The notes under the pieces: model-generated | The model's input: the letters and a program-made list of their open reading frames with translations, nothing else | Database searches by the model: none | Told to the model about the DNA's origin: nothing | In this document: one piece after another, positions 20,822-29,640 of the stretch | Layout: each line of letters starts with the position of its first letter | Numbering within the stretch: position 1 is the first letter of the stretch | Program-made: the position numbers and the translations under genes | Origin: an uncultured beta proteobacterium | GTDB lineage: Bacteria > Pseudomonadota > Gammaproteobacteria > Burkholderiales > Casimicrobiaceae | Length of the DNA: 64,000 bases | Direction of reading: 5' to 3' | NCBI GenBank assembly: GCA_963811685.1 | Contig: CAWESK010000024.1 | Span: 145,460 to 209,459 of the forward strand

Positions 20822-22126
20822 TTAGCTGTACGGCGCGACGACGCAGCGCCCGTGATCGATGTGGTGCTGGAATTCGTCGCGGAAGTGCTTGATGAAGCTT
20901 TTCACCGGCAGCGCGGCGGCGTCCCCGAGCGCACAGATCGTGCGGCCGGCGATGTTGTCGGCAACCGAGGTCAGCAGGTCGAGGTCCTCGTTGCGGCCCT
21001 TGCCGTGCTCGATTCGGTCGACGACGCGCCACAGCCAGCCCGTCCCCTCGCGGCAGGGCGTGCACTGGCCGCAGGATTCCTCATAGTAGAAATAGGAAAG
21101 GCGCAGCAGCGACTTCACCATGCAGCGCGTATCGTCCATCACGATGACCGCCCCCGAGCCCAGCATCGATCCCGCCTTGGCGATCGAGTCGTAATCCATG
21201 TCGGTCGCCATCATCACGTCGGCGGGGAGGACCGGCATCGAGGAGCCCCCCGGTATCACGGCCTTCAACGTGCGGCCTTCGCGCAGGCCGCCCGCCATTT
21301 CCAGCAGCGTGGCGAACGGCGTGCCCAGCTTCACTTCGAAGTTGCCGGGGCGGCGCACGTCGCCGGACACCGAGAATATCTTGGTGCCGCCGTTGTTGGG
21401 GCGACCGAGATTGAGAAAGGCTTCGCCGCCGTTGCGGACGATCCACGGCACCGCCGCGAAGGTTTCCGTGTTGTTGATCGTCGTCGGCTTGCCGTAGAGA
21501 CCGAAGCTCGCCGGAAACGGCGGCTTGAACCGCGGCTGGCCCTTCTTGCCTTCGAGCGATTCGAGGAGCGCCGTCTCCTCGCCGCAGATGTAGGCGCCGT
21601 AGCCGTGGTGGTTCTGCAGGTTGAACGAAAAGCCCGAGCCAAGGATGTCGTCGCCGAGGAACCCGGCGTCGTACGCTTCGGCCAGTGCCTCCTCGCAACG
21701 CTCGTAGGTGTCCCAGATTTCGCCGTGGACGTAGTTGAAGCCGCGCCGGCAGCCCATCGCGTACGCGGCGATCGCCATGCCCTCGATCAGCGCATGCGGG
21801 TTGTAGCGCAGAAGATCGCGATCCTTGAACGTGCCGGGCTCGCCTTCGTCCGAATTGCAGACGAGGTATTTCTCGCCGGCATACTGCTGCGGCATGAAGC
21901 TCCACTTGAGCCCGGTCGGAAAGCCCGCGCCGCCACGCCCGCGGAGCGCCGACTTCTTCACCTCGGCGATGATGTTCGTCGGCGGAGTCTTTTCCGTCAG
22001 TATCTTGCGCAGCGCCTCGTAGCCTCCGCGCGCGACGTAATCGGCGAGACGCCAGTTGGTGCCCGTGAGGCCCGCCATCAGGATGGCGTCGGGACCGTAG
22101 TCGAGGAATTCGCCGGGCGCGTTCAA
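20822..22126 (-). CDS. nuoF: NADH-quinone oxidoreductase subunit F
   Basis: The TTG start at 22126 overlaps the nuoE stop (TTGA), with GGGAG 7 nt upstream, giving 434 aa. Motifs [10 protein letters not shown] (FMN/NADH site) and [12 protein letters not shown] (N3 cluster). An alternative ATG (MAGLTG) lies about 50 nt downstream. Confidence 0.9.
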   Translation of the reverse strand: MNAPGEFLDYGPDAILMAGLTGTNWRLADYVARGGYEALRKILTEKTPPTNIIAEVKKSALRGRGGAGFPTGLKWSFMPQQYAGEKYLVCNSDEGEPGTFKDRDLLRYNPHALIEGMAIAAYAMGCRRGFNYVHGEIWDTYERCEEALAEAYDAGFLGDDILGSGFSFNLQNHHGYGAYICGEETALLESLEGKKGQPRFKPPFPASFGLYGKPTTINNTETFAAVPWIVRNGGEAFLNLGRPNNGGTKIFSVSGDVRRPGNFEVKLGTPFATLLEMAGGLREGRTLKAVIPGGSSMPVLPADVMMATDMDYDSIAKAGSMLGSGAVIVMDDTRCMVKSLLRLSYFYYEESCGQCTPCREGTGWLWRVVDRIEHGKGRNEDLDLLTSVADNIAGRTICALGDAAALPVKSFIKHFRDEFQHHIDHGRCVVAPYS

Positions 22127-22620
22127 TCCGCGCTCCCGCTTGCGGCCGCACCGAGCTCGGCGAGCAGCGCGTCCAGCTGTTCGCGGCGCATGAAGCTGCA
22201 CATCCGCTTGTTGTTGACGAGAAGCACCGGCGCATCGCCGCAGGCGCCGAAGCATTCGCCTTCGAGCAGCGTGATCCGGCCGTCGGGGGTCGTTTCGCCG
22301 AATCCGATGCCGAGGCGCTGCTTGAGATAGTCGGCGGAGGTCACCGCGTCCTGCAGCGCGCACGGCAGGTTCGTGCAGATCGTGATCTTGTGCTTGCCGG
22401 TCGGCTTCACGTTGTACATCGTGTAGAACGTGGCCACCTCGTACACGGCGACCGGCGGCATGCCGAGGTAGTGCGCGACGAAATCCATCGTCTCGGTCGA
22501 GAGCCAGCCATGCTCATCCTGCGCGATCGCGAGCGCCGACATTACCGCCGACTGCTTCTGGCCGGGGGGATACTTGGCGATCTCGCGATCGATTTTCGAA
22601 AGGGCTTCGGCGGAAAGCAT
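22123..22620 (-). CDS. nuoE: NADH-quinone oxidoreductase subunit E
   Basis: 165 aa with 2Fe-2S ligands (ICTNLPC...[10 protein letters not shown]). Confidence 0.95.
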   Translation of the reverse strand: MLSAEALSKIDREIAKYPPGQKQSAVMSALAIAQDEHGWLSTETMDFVAHYLGMPPVAVYEVATFYTMYNVKPTGKHKITICTNLPCALQDAVTSADYLKQRLGIGFGETTPDGRITLLEGECFGACGDAPVLLVNNKRMCSFMRREQLDALLAELGAAASGSAD

Positions 22621-22634
22621 GGCGCGTCTCTAGG

Positions 22635-23138
22635 TCAGCGGTAGAAATAGCCGGCGACGCGCCAGACGTCGCCCGCTTCGATTGTCCAGATGACCTGCTC
22701 GCTCAAGTGCTTGCCTTTGGGATACTTGGCCTCGAACTCGATGATCGCGTAGTCGCCGGCGGGTGCGCCGGGCAGCTCGTGCGCGCGCGCGAACTTGATC
22801 GCGGTGCGCGATTCGAGCTTGCCGAGCGGCTTCCGCGCGGCGCGCACGTCGGCGATGAAAGCCTCGCGCTTCACGACTGACTGAAGCTGCTTCGACGCCG
22901 AATCCCACGCGACGCCCGGTTTGTCGGCGTCCAGAAGCTCCAGCCATTTCTTTCCCGCCTCGATGGCCTCCTTGTCGTCGCCGAGCGTGGGCTGCGTCGG
23001 AGGCGGCTCGGTGGGAGGCGGCTGCGTCGCCGGCGGTGCGGTTGACGGGGCGGGGGTTGCCGGCGCCTGCGCGAAGGCCGCTCCCGCAAGCGAGAGCAGC
23101 GCGAGGATTCCGATCGACAAGGCGACGCGGCGCATCAT
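22635..23138 (-). CDS. Secreted DUF4019-like protein encoded inside the nuo operon
   Basis: ATGATG at 23138 overlaps the nuoD TGA (ATGA). Signal peptide [23 protein letters not shown], then a Pro/Thr-rich linker. The following domain matches the DUF4019 pattern as I recall it (W..L.D....W........V....F......R..LG....R.......LPGAP.G.Y.I..F...........E.V......G.W.V.GY). It ends 14 nt before the nuoE ATG. Confidence 0.8.
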   Translation of the reverse strand: MMRRVALSIGILALLSLAGAAFAQAPATPAPSTAPPATQPPPTEPPPTQPTLGDDKEAIEAGKKWLELLDADKPGVAWDSASKQLQSVVKREAFIADVRAARKPLGKLESRTAIKFARAHELPGAPAGDYAIIEFEAKYPKGKHLSEQVIWTIEAGDVWRVAGYFYR

Positions 23139-24388
23139 CGGTCGATGCTTCCGAACACGATGTCCTGCGTGCCGATGATCGCGACGATATCGGCGATCAT
23201 GTGGCCGCGCGACATCTCGTCCAGCGCCGCCAGGTGCACGTAATCGGGCGGCCGCAGCTTGACGCGATACGGCTTGTTGGCGCCGTCGGAAATGATGTAG
23301 ACGCCGAACTCGCCTTTCGGATGCTCGATCGCCGCATAGGCTTCGCCGGGCGGCACGTGCATGCCCTCGCTGAAGAGCTTGAAGTGGTGGATCAGCTCTT
23401 CCATGTTGGTCTTCATCGCCTCCCGGGAGGGCGGCGCGACCTTGTGGTTGCCGGTGATCACCGGACCCGGATTGGCGCGCAGCCAATCGACGCACTGGCG
23501 GACGATGCGGTTCGATTGCCGCATCTCCGCGACCCGCACGAGATACCGGTCGTAGCAGTCGCCGTTGGTGCCGACCGGAATGTCGAAATCCATCCGGTCA
23601 TAGACCGCGTAAGGCTGCTTCTTGCGCAGGTCCCACGGCACGCCCGAGCCGCGCAGCATCGCGCCCGTGAACCCCAGCGCGATCGCGCGCTCGCCCGTCA
23701 CGACGCCGATGCCCACCGTCCGCTGCTTCCAGATCCGGTTTTCCGTCAGCAGCGTCTCGTAGTCGTCGACGTAGCCGGGGAAGCGGTTGGTGAAATCCTC
23801 GATGAAATCGAGCAGCGAGCCTTGCCGGTTCGCGTTCATCGCCGTCATTGCGCGCGCGCTGCGCGAGGACTGCGCTGCGTACTGCGGCATGCGGTCGGGC
23901 AGGTCGCGATAGACGCCGCCAGGGCGGTAATACGCGGCGTGCATCCGCGCGCCCGACACCGCCTCGTACATGTCGAGCAGATCCTCGCGCTCGCGGAAGC
24001 AATAGAGAAACGTGGTCATCCCGCCGATGTCGAGCGAGTGGGCGCCGAGCCACAGAAGGTGATTCAGGATCCGCGTGATCTCGTCGAACATCACGCGGAT
24101 GTACAGCGCGCGCTCGGGCACGTCGACGCCGAGCAGCCGCTCGATCGCAAGGCAATAGGCATGCTCGTTGCACATCATCGACACGTAGTCGAGCCGGTCC
24201 ATGTACGGCAGCGACTGCAGGTAGGTCTTGTTCTCGGCCAGCTTCTCCGTGGCACGGTGGAGCAGCCCGATGTGCGGGTCCGCGCGCGCGATGACTTCGC
24301 CGTCGAGCTCGAGCACGAGCCGCAGCACGCCGTGCGCCGCCGGATGTTGAGGTCCGAAATTCATGGTGTAGTTACGGATTTCAGCCAT
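23135..24388 (-). CDS. nuoD: NADH-quinone oxidoreductase subunit D
   Basis: 417 aa, [31 protein letters not shown]...; a full-length 49-kDa-subunit homologue. Confidence 0.95.
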   Translation of the reverse strand: MAEIRNYTMNFGPQHPAAHGVLRLVLELDGEVIARADPHIGLLHRATEKLAENKTYLQSLPYMDRLDYVSMMCNEHAYCLAIERLLGVDVPERALYIRVMFDEITRILNHLLWLGAHSLDIGGMTTFLYCFREREDLLDMYEAVSGARMHAAYYRPGGVYRDLPDRMPQYAAQSSRSARAMTAMNANRQGSLLDFIEDFTNRFPGYVDDYETLLTENRIWKQRTVGIGVVTGERAIALGFTGAMLRGSGVPWDLRKKQPYAVYDRMDFDIPVGTNGDCYDRYLVRVAEMRQSNRIVRQCVDWLRANPGPVITGNHKVAPPSREAMKTNMEELIHHFKLFSEGMHVPPGEAYAAIEHPKGEFGVYIISDGANKPYRVKLRPPDYVHLAALDEMSRGHMIADIVAIIGTQDIVFGSIDR

Positions 24389-24405
24389 GGATTTCGGACC
24401 TCAAC
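24346..24405 (-). promoter_or_regulatory. RNA hairpin enclosing the nuoD ribosome-binding site and start codon
   Basis: Perfect 15-nt inverted repeat: GTTGAGGTCCGAAAT (24405->24391) and ATTTCGGACCTCAAC (24360->24346). It is extended by CAUGG (24389->24385) pairing with CCAUG (24366->24362). The loop is 18 nt. Confidence 0.65.
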
Positions 24406-24535
24406 GAGCCTTTCTCAGGGCCCACAACACGCCGCAAGCGCACGCGCAGCGGCTTGTTGCGGCGGACACTAACATCGGCGAAGGCGATGTTATGTGGACG
24501 GCAAAATTCATGGTGTAGTTGCGAATTTCCGCCAT
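24401..24535 (-). other. 44-codon leader mini-ORF between nuoC and nuoD that duplicates the NuoD N-terminus
   Basis: ATG at 24535 encodes [44 protein letters not shown], with the stop TGA at 24403-24401. It is too short for the ORF track; I translated it by hand. See findings. Confidence 0.5.
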
Positions 24536-24566
24536 GGACTGGTTCCGAGATCTCGGTCGCGATGCC

Positions 24567-25166
24567 CTACTTGCTGCTCGCGTACTGATCTTCGCGGATG
24601 ACCCGCGGCGTGATCTCGCGGGGCTCGATCGACACGGGCTGGTAGATCACGCGGCCCTGTTCGGGGTCGTAGCGCACCTCGACGTGACCCGACAGCGGGA
24701 AATCCTTGCGGAACGGATGCCCGATGAAGCCGTAGTCGGTCAAGAGGCGCCGCAGGTCGGGATGCCCATTGAAGATGATCCCGTAGAGGTCGAACGCCTC
24801 GCGCTCGAACCAGTTCGCCACCGGCCAGATATCGATCGCGGTCGCGATCACGGGAAACGCATCGTCGGGAACGAACGCGCGCACGCGCACGCGCCAGTTG
24901 TTCGCGAGCGAGAGCAGGTGGTAGACGACGGCGAACCGGGGGCCCTCGCGCGCGCCGTCGCCGTAGGTCGAGTAATCGACGCCGCAAAGATCGACCAGCA
25001 TCTCGAAACGAAGCTCGGGACGGTCGCGCAGGAGCCGCAGCGCGCCATCGATCCCGGCGGCCACGACAACGGCGGTGACCTCGCCGTTGGCTACGGTCAC
25101 GCCCGCGAGCTTGTCGCCGAGCACTGCCGGCAGCGTCGCGGCAAGGGTTTCGATGCGGGTGGCCAT
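24567..25166 (-). CDS. nuoC: NADH-quinone oxidoreductase subunit C
   Basis: 199 aa from [13 protein letters not shown]. The ATG shares one base with the nuoB TGA. The upstream part of the 337-aa track ORF overlaps nuoB. Confidence 0.93.
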   Translation of the reverse strand: MATRIETLAATLPAVLGDKLAGVTVANGEVTAVVVAAGIDGALRLLRDRPELRFEMLVDLCGVDYSTYGDGAREGPRFAVVYHLLSLANNWRVRVRAFVPDDAFPVIATAIDIWPVANWFEREAFDLYGIIFNGHPDLRRLLTDYGFIGHPFRKDFPLSGHVEVRYDPEQGRVIYQPVSIEPREITPRVIREDQYASSK

Positions 25167-25642
25167 CAGCGGGCGATCGTGTTGGTGCGCCAGATCTTGT
25201 TCTGGAGCTGCAGCACGCCGTAGAGAAGCGCCTCGGCGGTGGGCGGACAGCCGGGCACGTAGATATCGACCGGCACGATCCGGTCGCAGCCGCGCACGAC
25301 CGAATAGGAATAGTGGTAATAGCCGCCGCCGTTGGCGCACGAGCCCATCGAGATCACCCACCGCGGCTCGGCCATCTGGTCGTAAACGCGGCGCAGCGCC
25401 GGCGCGAGCTTGTTGCACAGCGTGCCGGCCACGATCATCACGTCCGACTGCCGCGGGCTCGGACGGAACACGACGCCGAAGCGGTCGAGGTCGTAGCGCG
25501 CCGCCCCCGCGTGCATCATCTCGACCGCGCAGCACGCGAGGCCGAAGCTCATCGGCCACATCGACCCGTTGCGCGCCCAATTGATGAGCGCGTCGGCCGA
25601 CGTCGTGACGAAGCCTTTTTCGAGCACGCCTTCAATGGTCAT
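25166..25642 (-). CDS. nuoB: NADH-quinone oxidoreductase subunit B
   Basis: 158 aa from [11 protein letters not shown], with TGGAG 8 nt upstream. Motifs CCAVEMM and [14 protein letters not shown]. Confidence 0.95.
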   Translation of the reverse strand: MTIEGVLEKGFVTTSADALINWARNGSMWPMSFGLACCAVEMMHAGAARYDLDRFGVVFRPSPRQSDVMIVAGTLCNKLAPALRRVYDQMAEPRWVISMGSCANGGGYYHYSYSVVRGCDRIVPVDIYVPGCPPTAEALLYGVLQLQNKIWRTNTIAR

Positions 25643-25796
25643 TGCAAACTCCAGGGATCCGCTTGGCTCGCGTCGCGGCCTCCGCGCAGCCACGGTGACT
25701 CGTCGCGCCGAATTGTCGGCCGCCAGCGGCGACTCGCGATCGCTCGCTCCCCCTTGGCGCTTCGCGCCTCAAGGCCCCGGCTCGCCGCTCGCACCG

Positions 25797-26153
25797 CTAC
25801 TCCCATTCCAGCGCGCCTTTCTTCCACTCGTAGACGAAGCCGACGACGAGGATGGCGAGGAAGACCATCATCGCGGCGAAGCCGAAAAAGCCGATGCCGG
25901 GGAGGACGACCGCCCAGGGAAACAGGAACGCGATCTCGAGGTCGAACAGGATGAAGAGGATCGCGATGAGGTAATAGCGGACGTCGAATTTCATCCGCGC
26001 GTCCTCGAACGCCTCGAAGCCGCATTCGTAGGGCGAATCCTTGGCCGGGTCGGGGCGATTCGGCGACAGCACCGCGCCGACGGTGAGAAGAACGCCCCCG
26101 ACAAGCAGGCCGACCAGGATGAAGAGCAGGATCGGTAGGTACTGTTCCAGCAT
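25797..26153 (-). CDS. nuoA: NADH-quinone oxidoreductase subunit A
   Basis: 118 aa with the conserved [22 protein letters not shown]. Confidence 0.95.
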   Translation of the reverse strand: MLEQYLPILLFILVGLLVGGVLLTVGAVLSPNRPDPAKDSPYECGFEAFEDARMKFDVRYYLIAILFILFDLEIAFLFPWAVVLPGIGFFGFAAMMVFLAILVVGFVYEWKKGALEWE

Positions 26154-26242
26154 TTCCGTTGCGCCGCGAATCCGGATTGATTCCCCGATTGTTGACGCTT
26201 CCTCGTTGCACTGCTTCGGCGGATGGCGCCGCCCCCAGATCC

Positions 26243-26327
26243 TGGTGCCGACGGGGAGACTCGAACTCCCACGGGTTACCCCACTGCCCCCTCAAGACAG
26301 CGTGTCTACCAATTTCACCACGTCGGC
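26243..26327 (-). tRNA. tRNA-Leu (anticodon GAG)
   Basis: Hand-folded 85-nt class II tRNA: acceptor GCCGACG/CGTCGGC, D arm GTG..CAC, anticodon stem CTGTC/GGCAG with loop TTGAGGG, long variable arm, T arm GGGAG-TTCGAGT-CTCCC, and an encoded CCA. Confidence 0.9.
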
Positions 26328-26378
26328 TTCAACTGCATTCGACAAGCGACGCGGCAGCAACGTGCCGCGCCGCATCGA

Positions 26379-26780
26379 TTATTTCGGCACTTCGCTCGAC
26401 TTCGATCCCGCCGGCTCGCCGGCTGGCGCCGATTTCGCGGGCTCGCCCGCGGGCGGCGTCCCCGGGACTGCCGGCGCTTCGCCGGCCTTGGCCGCGGGCT
26501 TTTCGACGGTACCCTGCTGCATCAGGCTCGATCCGGTGCCGTGCGACGTCGCGAACCACGTGAGCCCGAGGCTCGACGCGAAAAACAGCGCGGCGAGAAC
26601 AGCGGTGGAGCGCGACAGGAAATTGGCCGATCCCGCGGCGCCGAACACCGACCCCGACGAGCCGCTCCCGAACGCGGCTCCCATGTCGGCGCCCTTGCCG
26701 TGCTGGAGGAGCACGAGACCGCAGATTGCGGCGGCCACGATCAGGTGGACCACCAGCAACAATGTTTCCAGCATGTTCAT
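26379..26780 (-). CDS. secG: Preprotein translocase subunit SecG
   Basis: 133 aa, MNMLETLLLVVHLIVAAAICGLVLLQHGKGADMGAAFGSGSSGSVFGA...; conserved position between tpiA and tRNA-Leu/nuoA. Confidence 0.9.
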   Translation of the reverse strand: MNMLETLLLVVHLIVAAAICGLVLLQHGKGADMGAAFGSGSSGSVFGAAGSANFLSRSTAVLAALFFASSLGLTWFATSHGTGSSLMQQGTVEKPAAKAGEAPAVPGTPPAGEPAKSAPAGEPAGSKSSEVPK

Positions 26781-26824
26781 CCGTTACTCCCGCTTCCGCT
26801 CACCGCGCTTGGCGCCCTGTATCT

Positions 26825-27559
26825 TCAGGCATGCGCAATCGCCAGAAATTCCGTGGACTTGAGCGACGCGCCGCCGATCAGGCCGCCGTCGATGTCCGCC
26901 ATTCCGAACAGCGCCTTCGCGTTGTCCGCCTTCACGCTGCCGCCATAGAGCAGCAGCACCTCCGCCGCGCCGGACTGCGCGAGGCGCGCCCGCAATGTCG
27001 CGTGCACCGCCTGCGCCTCCGCCGGGGCTGCGGTGCGCCCGGTGCCGATCGCCCATACGGGCTCATACGCGACCACCATCCGCGCCGCATCCTCGCCTAC
27101 AACCCCCAGAACCGCGTCGATCTGGCGCAGGACGACGTCTTCCGTCGATTGCGCCTCGCGCTCGGCGAGCGTTTCGCCGACACACACGATCGGCACGATC
27201 CCGGCGGCCAGCGCTGTCTTCGCCTTCGCCGCGACAACCGCATCGGTTTCGCCGAATTGCTGCCGGCGCTCCGAATGGCCGACGATCGCATAACGGCATC
27301 CGTATTCCACCAGCATTGCCGCCGACACTTCGCCTGTAAAGGCCCCCGCAGCATGCTCGCTCACGTTCTGCGCGCCCCAATTAATCGGGGTTGCCGACAG
27401 CGCTGCCTGGGCCTGTGCGAGGTAAGGGTACGGCACGCAGACCGCAAGCTCCCGTCCGCGCACGCGCGTCCACCCCGCCGTGATTTCACCCAGAAGCGCC
27501 GCGTTGGAGGCGAGCCCGCCGTTCATCTTCCAGTTGCCGACGACGAGTTTGCCGCGCAT
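26825..27559 (-). CDS. tpiA: Triosephosphate isomerase
   Basis: 244 aa from MRGKLVVGNWKMNG, with motifs ...VGHSERR... and ...YEPVWAIGTG.... The 12 extra N-terminal codons in the track are unlikely. Confidence 0.93.
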   Translation of the reverse strand: MRGKLVVGNWKMNGGLASNAALLGEITAGWTRVRGRELAVCVPYPYLAQAQAALSATPINWGAQNVSEHAAGAFTGEVSAAMLVEYGCRYAIVGHSERRQQFGETDAVVAAKAKTALAAGIVPIVCVGETLAEREAQSTEDVVLRQIDAVLGVVGEDAARMVVAYEPVWAIGTGRTAAPAEAQAVHATLRARLAQSGAAEVLLLYGGSVKADNAKALFGMADIDGGLIGGASLKSTEFLAIAHA

Positions 27560-27740
27560 CGCGTTTTTGCCCGTATTCGTGCCCAAACGCGCCAATCCGC
27601 CCGAAAATGGGCAGCGCGAGCCAAAACCGGAGGATTATACCGCAGTGCGACATGCGGCGGCAACGCGGGCGGGGCGTCCGCGCGCGACTGCGTCCTGTCG
27701 GGAGCGAATCAGGCGGCCGCAAGCCGCCGCAACCGGCGCA

Positions 27741-28598
27741 TCAGGAACCGAGCCGTTGACGCACGAACGCAGCGATCTCGACCAGCAAATGTTCGAGATC
27801 GCGCTCGAGCTTCGCGTAGCCGTCGTTGGCCTCGAGCGTGGTCTCGTCCATGTACAGGCGGCGATTGACCTCGATCTGCAGGCTGTGCCGGTTTTCCGCC
27901 GGGCGCCCGTGCTTGCGCACGATCTCCACGCCTTTGTAGGGATCGTTGATCGCAACGTCGTAGCCGAGACCGCGCAACCGTTCGGCAACGGCGCGCGTGA
28001 ACGCGGGTTCGCAGGTGGTGCCGTCGCGGTCCCCCAGCACGAAGTCGGCGCGCACGCGTCCCGGGTCATCGGCGTTCGCATCTCCGACGGCCGGCATCGA
28101 ATGACAGTTGATATGCCAGACGGCGCCGAAGGCTTCGTGACGCGCGTCGAGGAGCTGCTCCAGCGCCTCGTGGTAGGGCCGCCAGCAGCGGTCGATCCGC
28201 GCCCGCACTTCGGCTGAGCGCAGCTTGCGGTCGTACATCGGCACGCCGCTGCGCGCAACGCGCCAGACGAGTCCGATGCCCTGTTGCGTCTTGCGCGACG
28301 GCGCGAGCGGTTCGCCCCACGCATCGGCGAGGAGGTCCGGATCCACGTCCGCGAGGCTCCGGTTCGGATCGATGTAGCTCCGCGGGAACGTGGCCTCGAG
28401 CAGCGACGCACCGTGTCGCGGCGCGCTGCGGTAGAGGCGCGCGACGTGCGTATCCTCGGCTCGGCGCACCTCGAGCCGCGGCGGCGCGTGGTCGAAATCG
28501 GCAGGGTAGTCCTCGCCGCTGTGGGGCGAATCGAGCACCAGCGGCAGCGGGGCGGCCGGCGGCAAATGACGAACGAAGGGCGCGGCACTCACGGGCAA
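27741..28598 (-). CDS. N-formylglutamate amidohydrolase family protein (FGase, PF05013-like)
   Basis: 285 aa with LDSPHSGEDYP...RSYIDPNR...WHINCHSM...VLGDRDGT. It starts 7 nt after the upstream ABC ATPase gene ends. Confidence 0.8.
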   Translation of the reverse strand: MPVSAAPFVRHLPPAAPLPLVLDSPHSGEDYPADFDHAPPRLEVRRAEDTHVARLYRSAPRHGASLLEATFPRSYIDPNRSLADVDPDLLADAWGEPLAPSRKTQQGIGLVWRVARSGVPMYDRKLRSAEVRARIDRCWRPYHEALEQLLDARHEAFGAVWHINCHSMPAVGDANADDPGRVRADFVLGDRDGTTCEPAFTRAVAERLRGLGYDVAINDPYKGVEIVRKHGRPAENRHSLQIEVNRRLYMDETTLEANDGYAKLERDLEHLLVEIAAFVRQRLGS

Positions 28599-28605
28599 TC
28601 CGGAT

Positions 28606-29640
28606 TCACAGGTCGTTCAAATGACACGCGGACAGGCGGCCGGGCGCGATTTCGCGCAGCGCCGGCACGATCTCGCGGCACTTCGGCATCGCGTGCGGGC
28701 AACGCGGATGGAAATGGCAGCCCGGCGGCGGGTCGAGCGGTGACGGGATCTCCCCCTTGACCGGCACGAACGTGCGCTTCCTGGGCTCGACCTTGCCGAC
28801 CTCGGCGAGCAGCGCCTGCGTGTACGGATGGTTCGGCGCGGCGAAGAGATCCGCGGTGGTGCCCGATTCGACGACGCGACCGAGGTACATGATCACCACC
28901 CGGTCGCTCAGGTGCTCGACCACGCCGAGGTCATGGCTGATGAAGAGGTAGGTGAGGTTGAGCGCGGATCGCAGGTCCATGAACAGGTTCAGCACCTGGG
29001 CCTGGATCGACACGTCGAGCGCCGCCACCGACTCGTCGCAGACCAGGAACTCGGGCTTCACGGCGAGCGCGCGCGCGATGCCGATGCGCGCCCGCTGTCC
29101 GCCCGAGAACTGATGCGGAAAGCGCCGCATCAGCGTCGGGTCGAGACCGACGCGGTTCAGCTGCAGGCCGACGTATTCGACTTTCGCCTTGGCCCCGATG
29201 ACCTTGTGCGCCACCGGCGCCTCGCCGACGATGTCGACGACGCGCATCCGCGGGTTGAGCGATGCGTAAGGGTCCTGAAAGATCATCTGCATCTTGAGCT
29301 GCTGGCGCCGCGCGGCATCTCCGGTGAGATGCGACAGCGGCGTGCCGCGCCAGTAGCGCTCGCCTTCCGACAGCGGAAGCAGCCCGACCGCGAGGCGACC
29401 CAGGGTCGACTTGCCGCATCCGGATTCGCCGACGAGGCCGACCACTTCGCCGGGAACGATTGCAAGCTCGACGCCATCGACCGCGCGCACGATCTCCTCC
29501 CTCATGTGCGCGCCCAGCAGATTGCCGATCTTCGCGGCGGTGTCGAGCGATCTGACGAAGCGCTTCGAGACGCCGCGAAGCTCGACCAGCGCAGCGCCCG
29601 CCGGCGGCGGCGAGACCGTCTTGCGCACGATGGCGCTCAC
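28606..29640 (-). CDS. Peptide (Dpp/Opp-type) ABC transporter ATP-binding protein
   Basis: Walker A GESGCGKST, signature FSGGQRARIGIARAL, Walker B LVCDESVAALD, and the C-terminal oligopeptide-transporter Cys/His tail. GTG start overlaps the upstream stop. Confidence 0.9.
   Translation of the reverse strand: MSAIVRKTVSPPPAGAALVELRGVSKRFVRSLDTAAKIGNLLGAHMREEIVRAVDGVELAIVPGEVVGLVGESGCGKSTLGRLAVGLLPLSEGERYWRGTPLSHLTGDAARRQQLKMQMIFQDPYASLNPRMRVVDIVGEAPVAHKVIGAKAKVEYVGLQLNRVGLDPTLMRRFPHQFSGGQRARIGIARALAVKPEFLVCDESVAALDVSIQAQVLNLFMDLRSALNLTYLFISHDLGVVEHLSDRVVIMYLGRVVESGTTADLFAAPNHPYTQALLAEVGKVEPRKRTFVPVKGEIPSPLDPPPGCHFHPRCPHAMPKCREIVPALREIAPGRLSACHLNDL

Noticed and set aside
24401-24405. UGA followed by or embedded in a hairpin, read as a selenocysteine (SECIS) site giving an extended NuoD
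   Set aside because: NuoD is not a known selenoprotein. The loop does not resemble bacterial SECIS apical loops as I remember them. The codons before the UGA use rare ATA/TTA/AGA. Termination-reinitiation coupling is the simpler reading. I mention it only as an alternative in the finding.
26154-26242. GAATCCGGATTGATTCC upstream of nuoA as another copy of the GAATCC-N17-CATC box
   Set aside because: It is on the opposite strand relative to nuoA, and no CATC element follows at 17 nt. It forms a short local dyad (GAATC..GATTC) instead. The resemblance is probably fortuitous.
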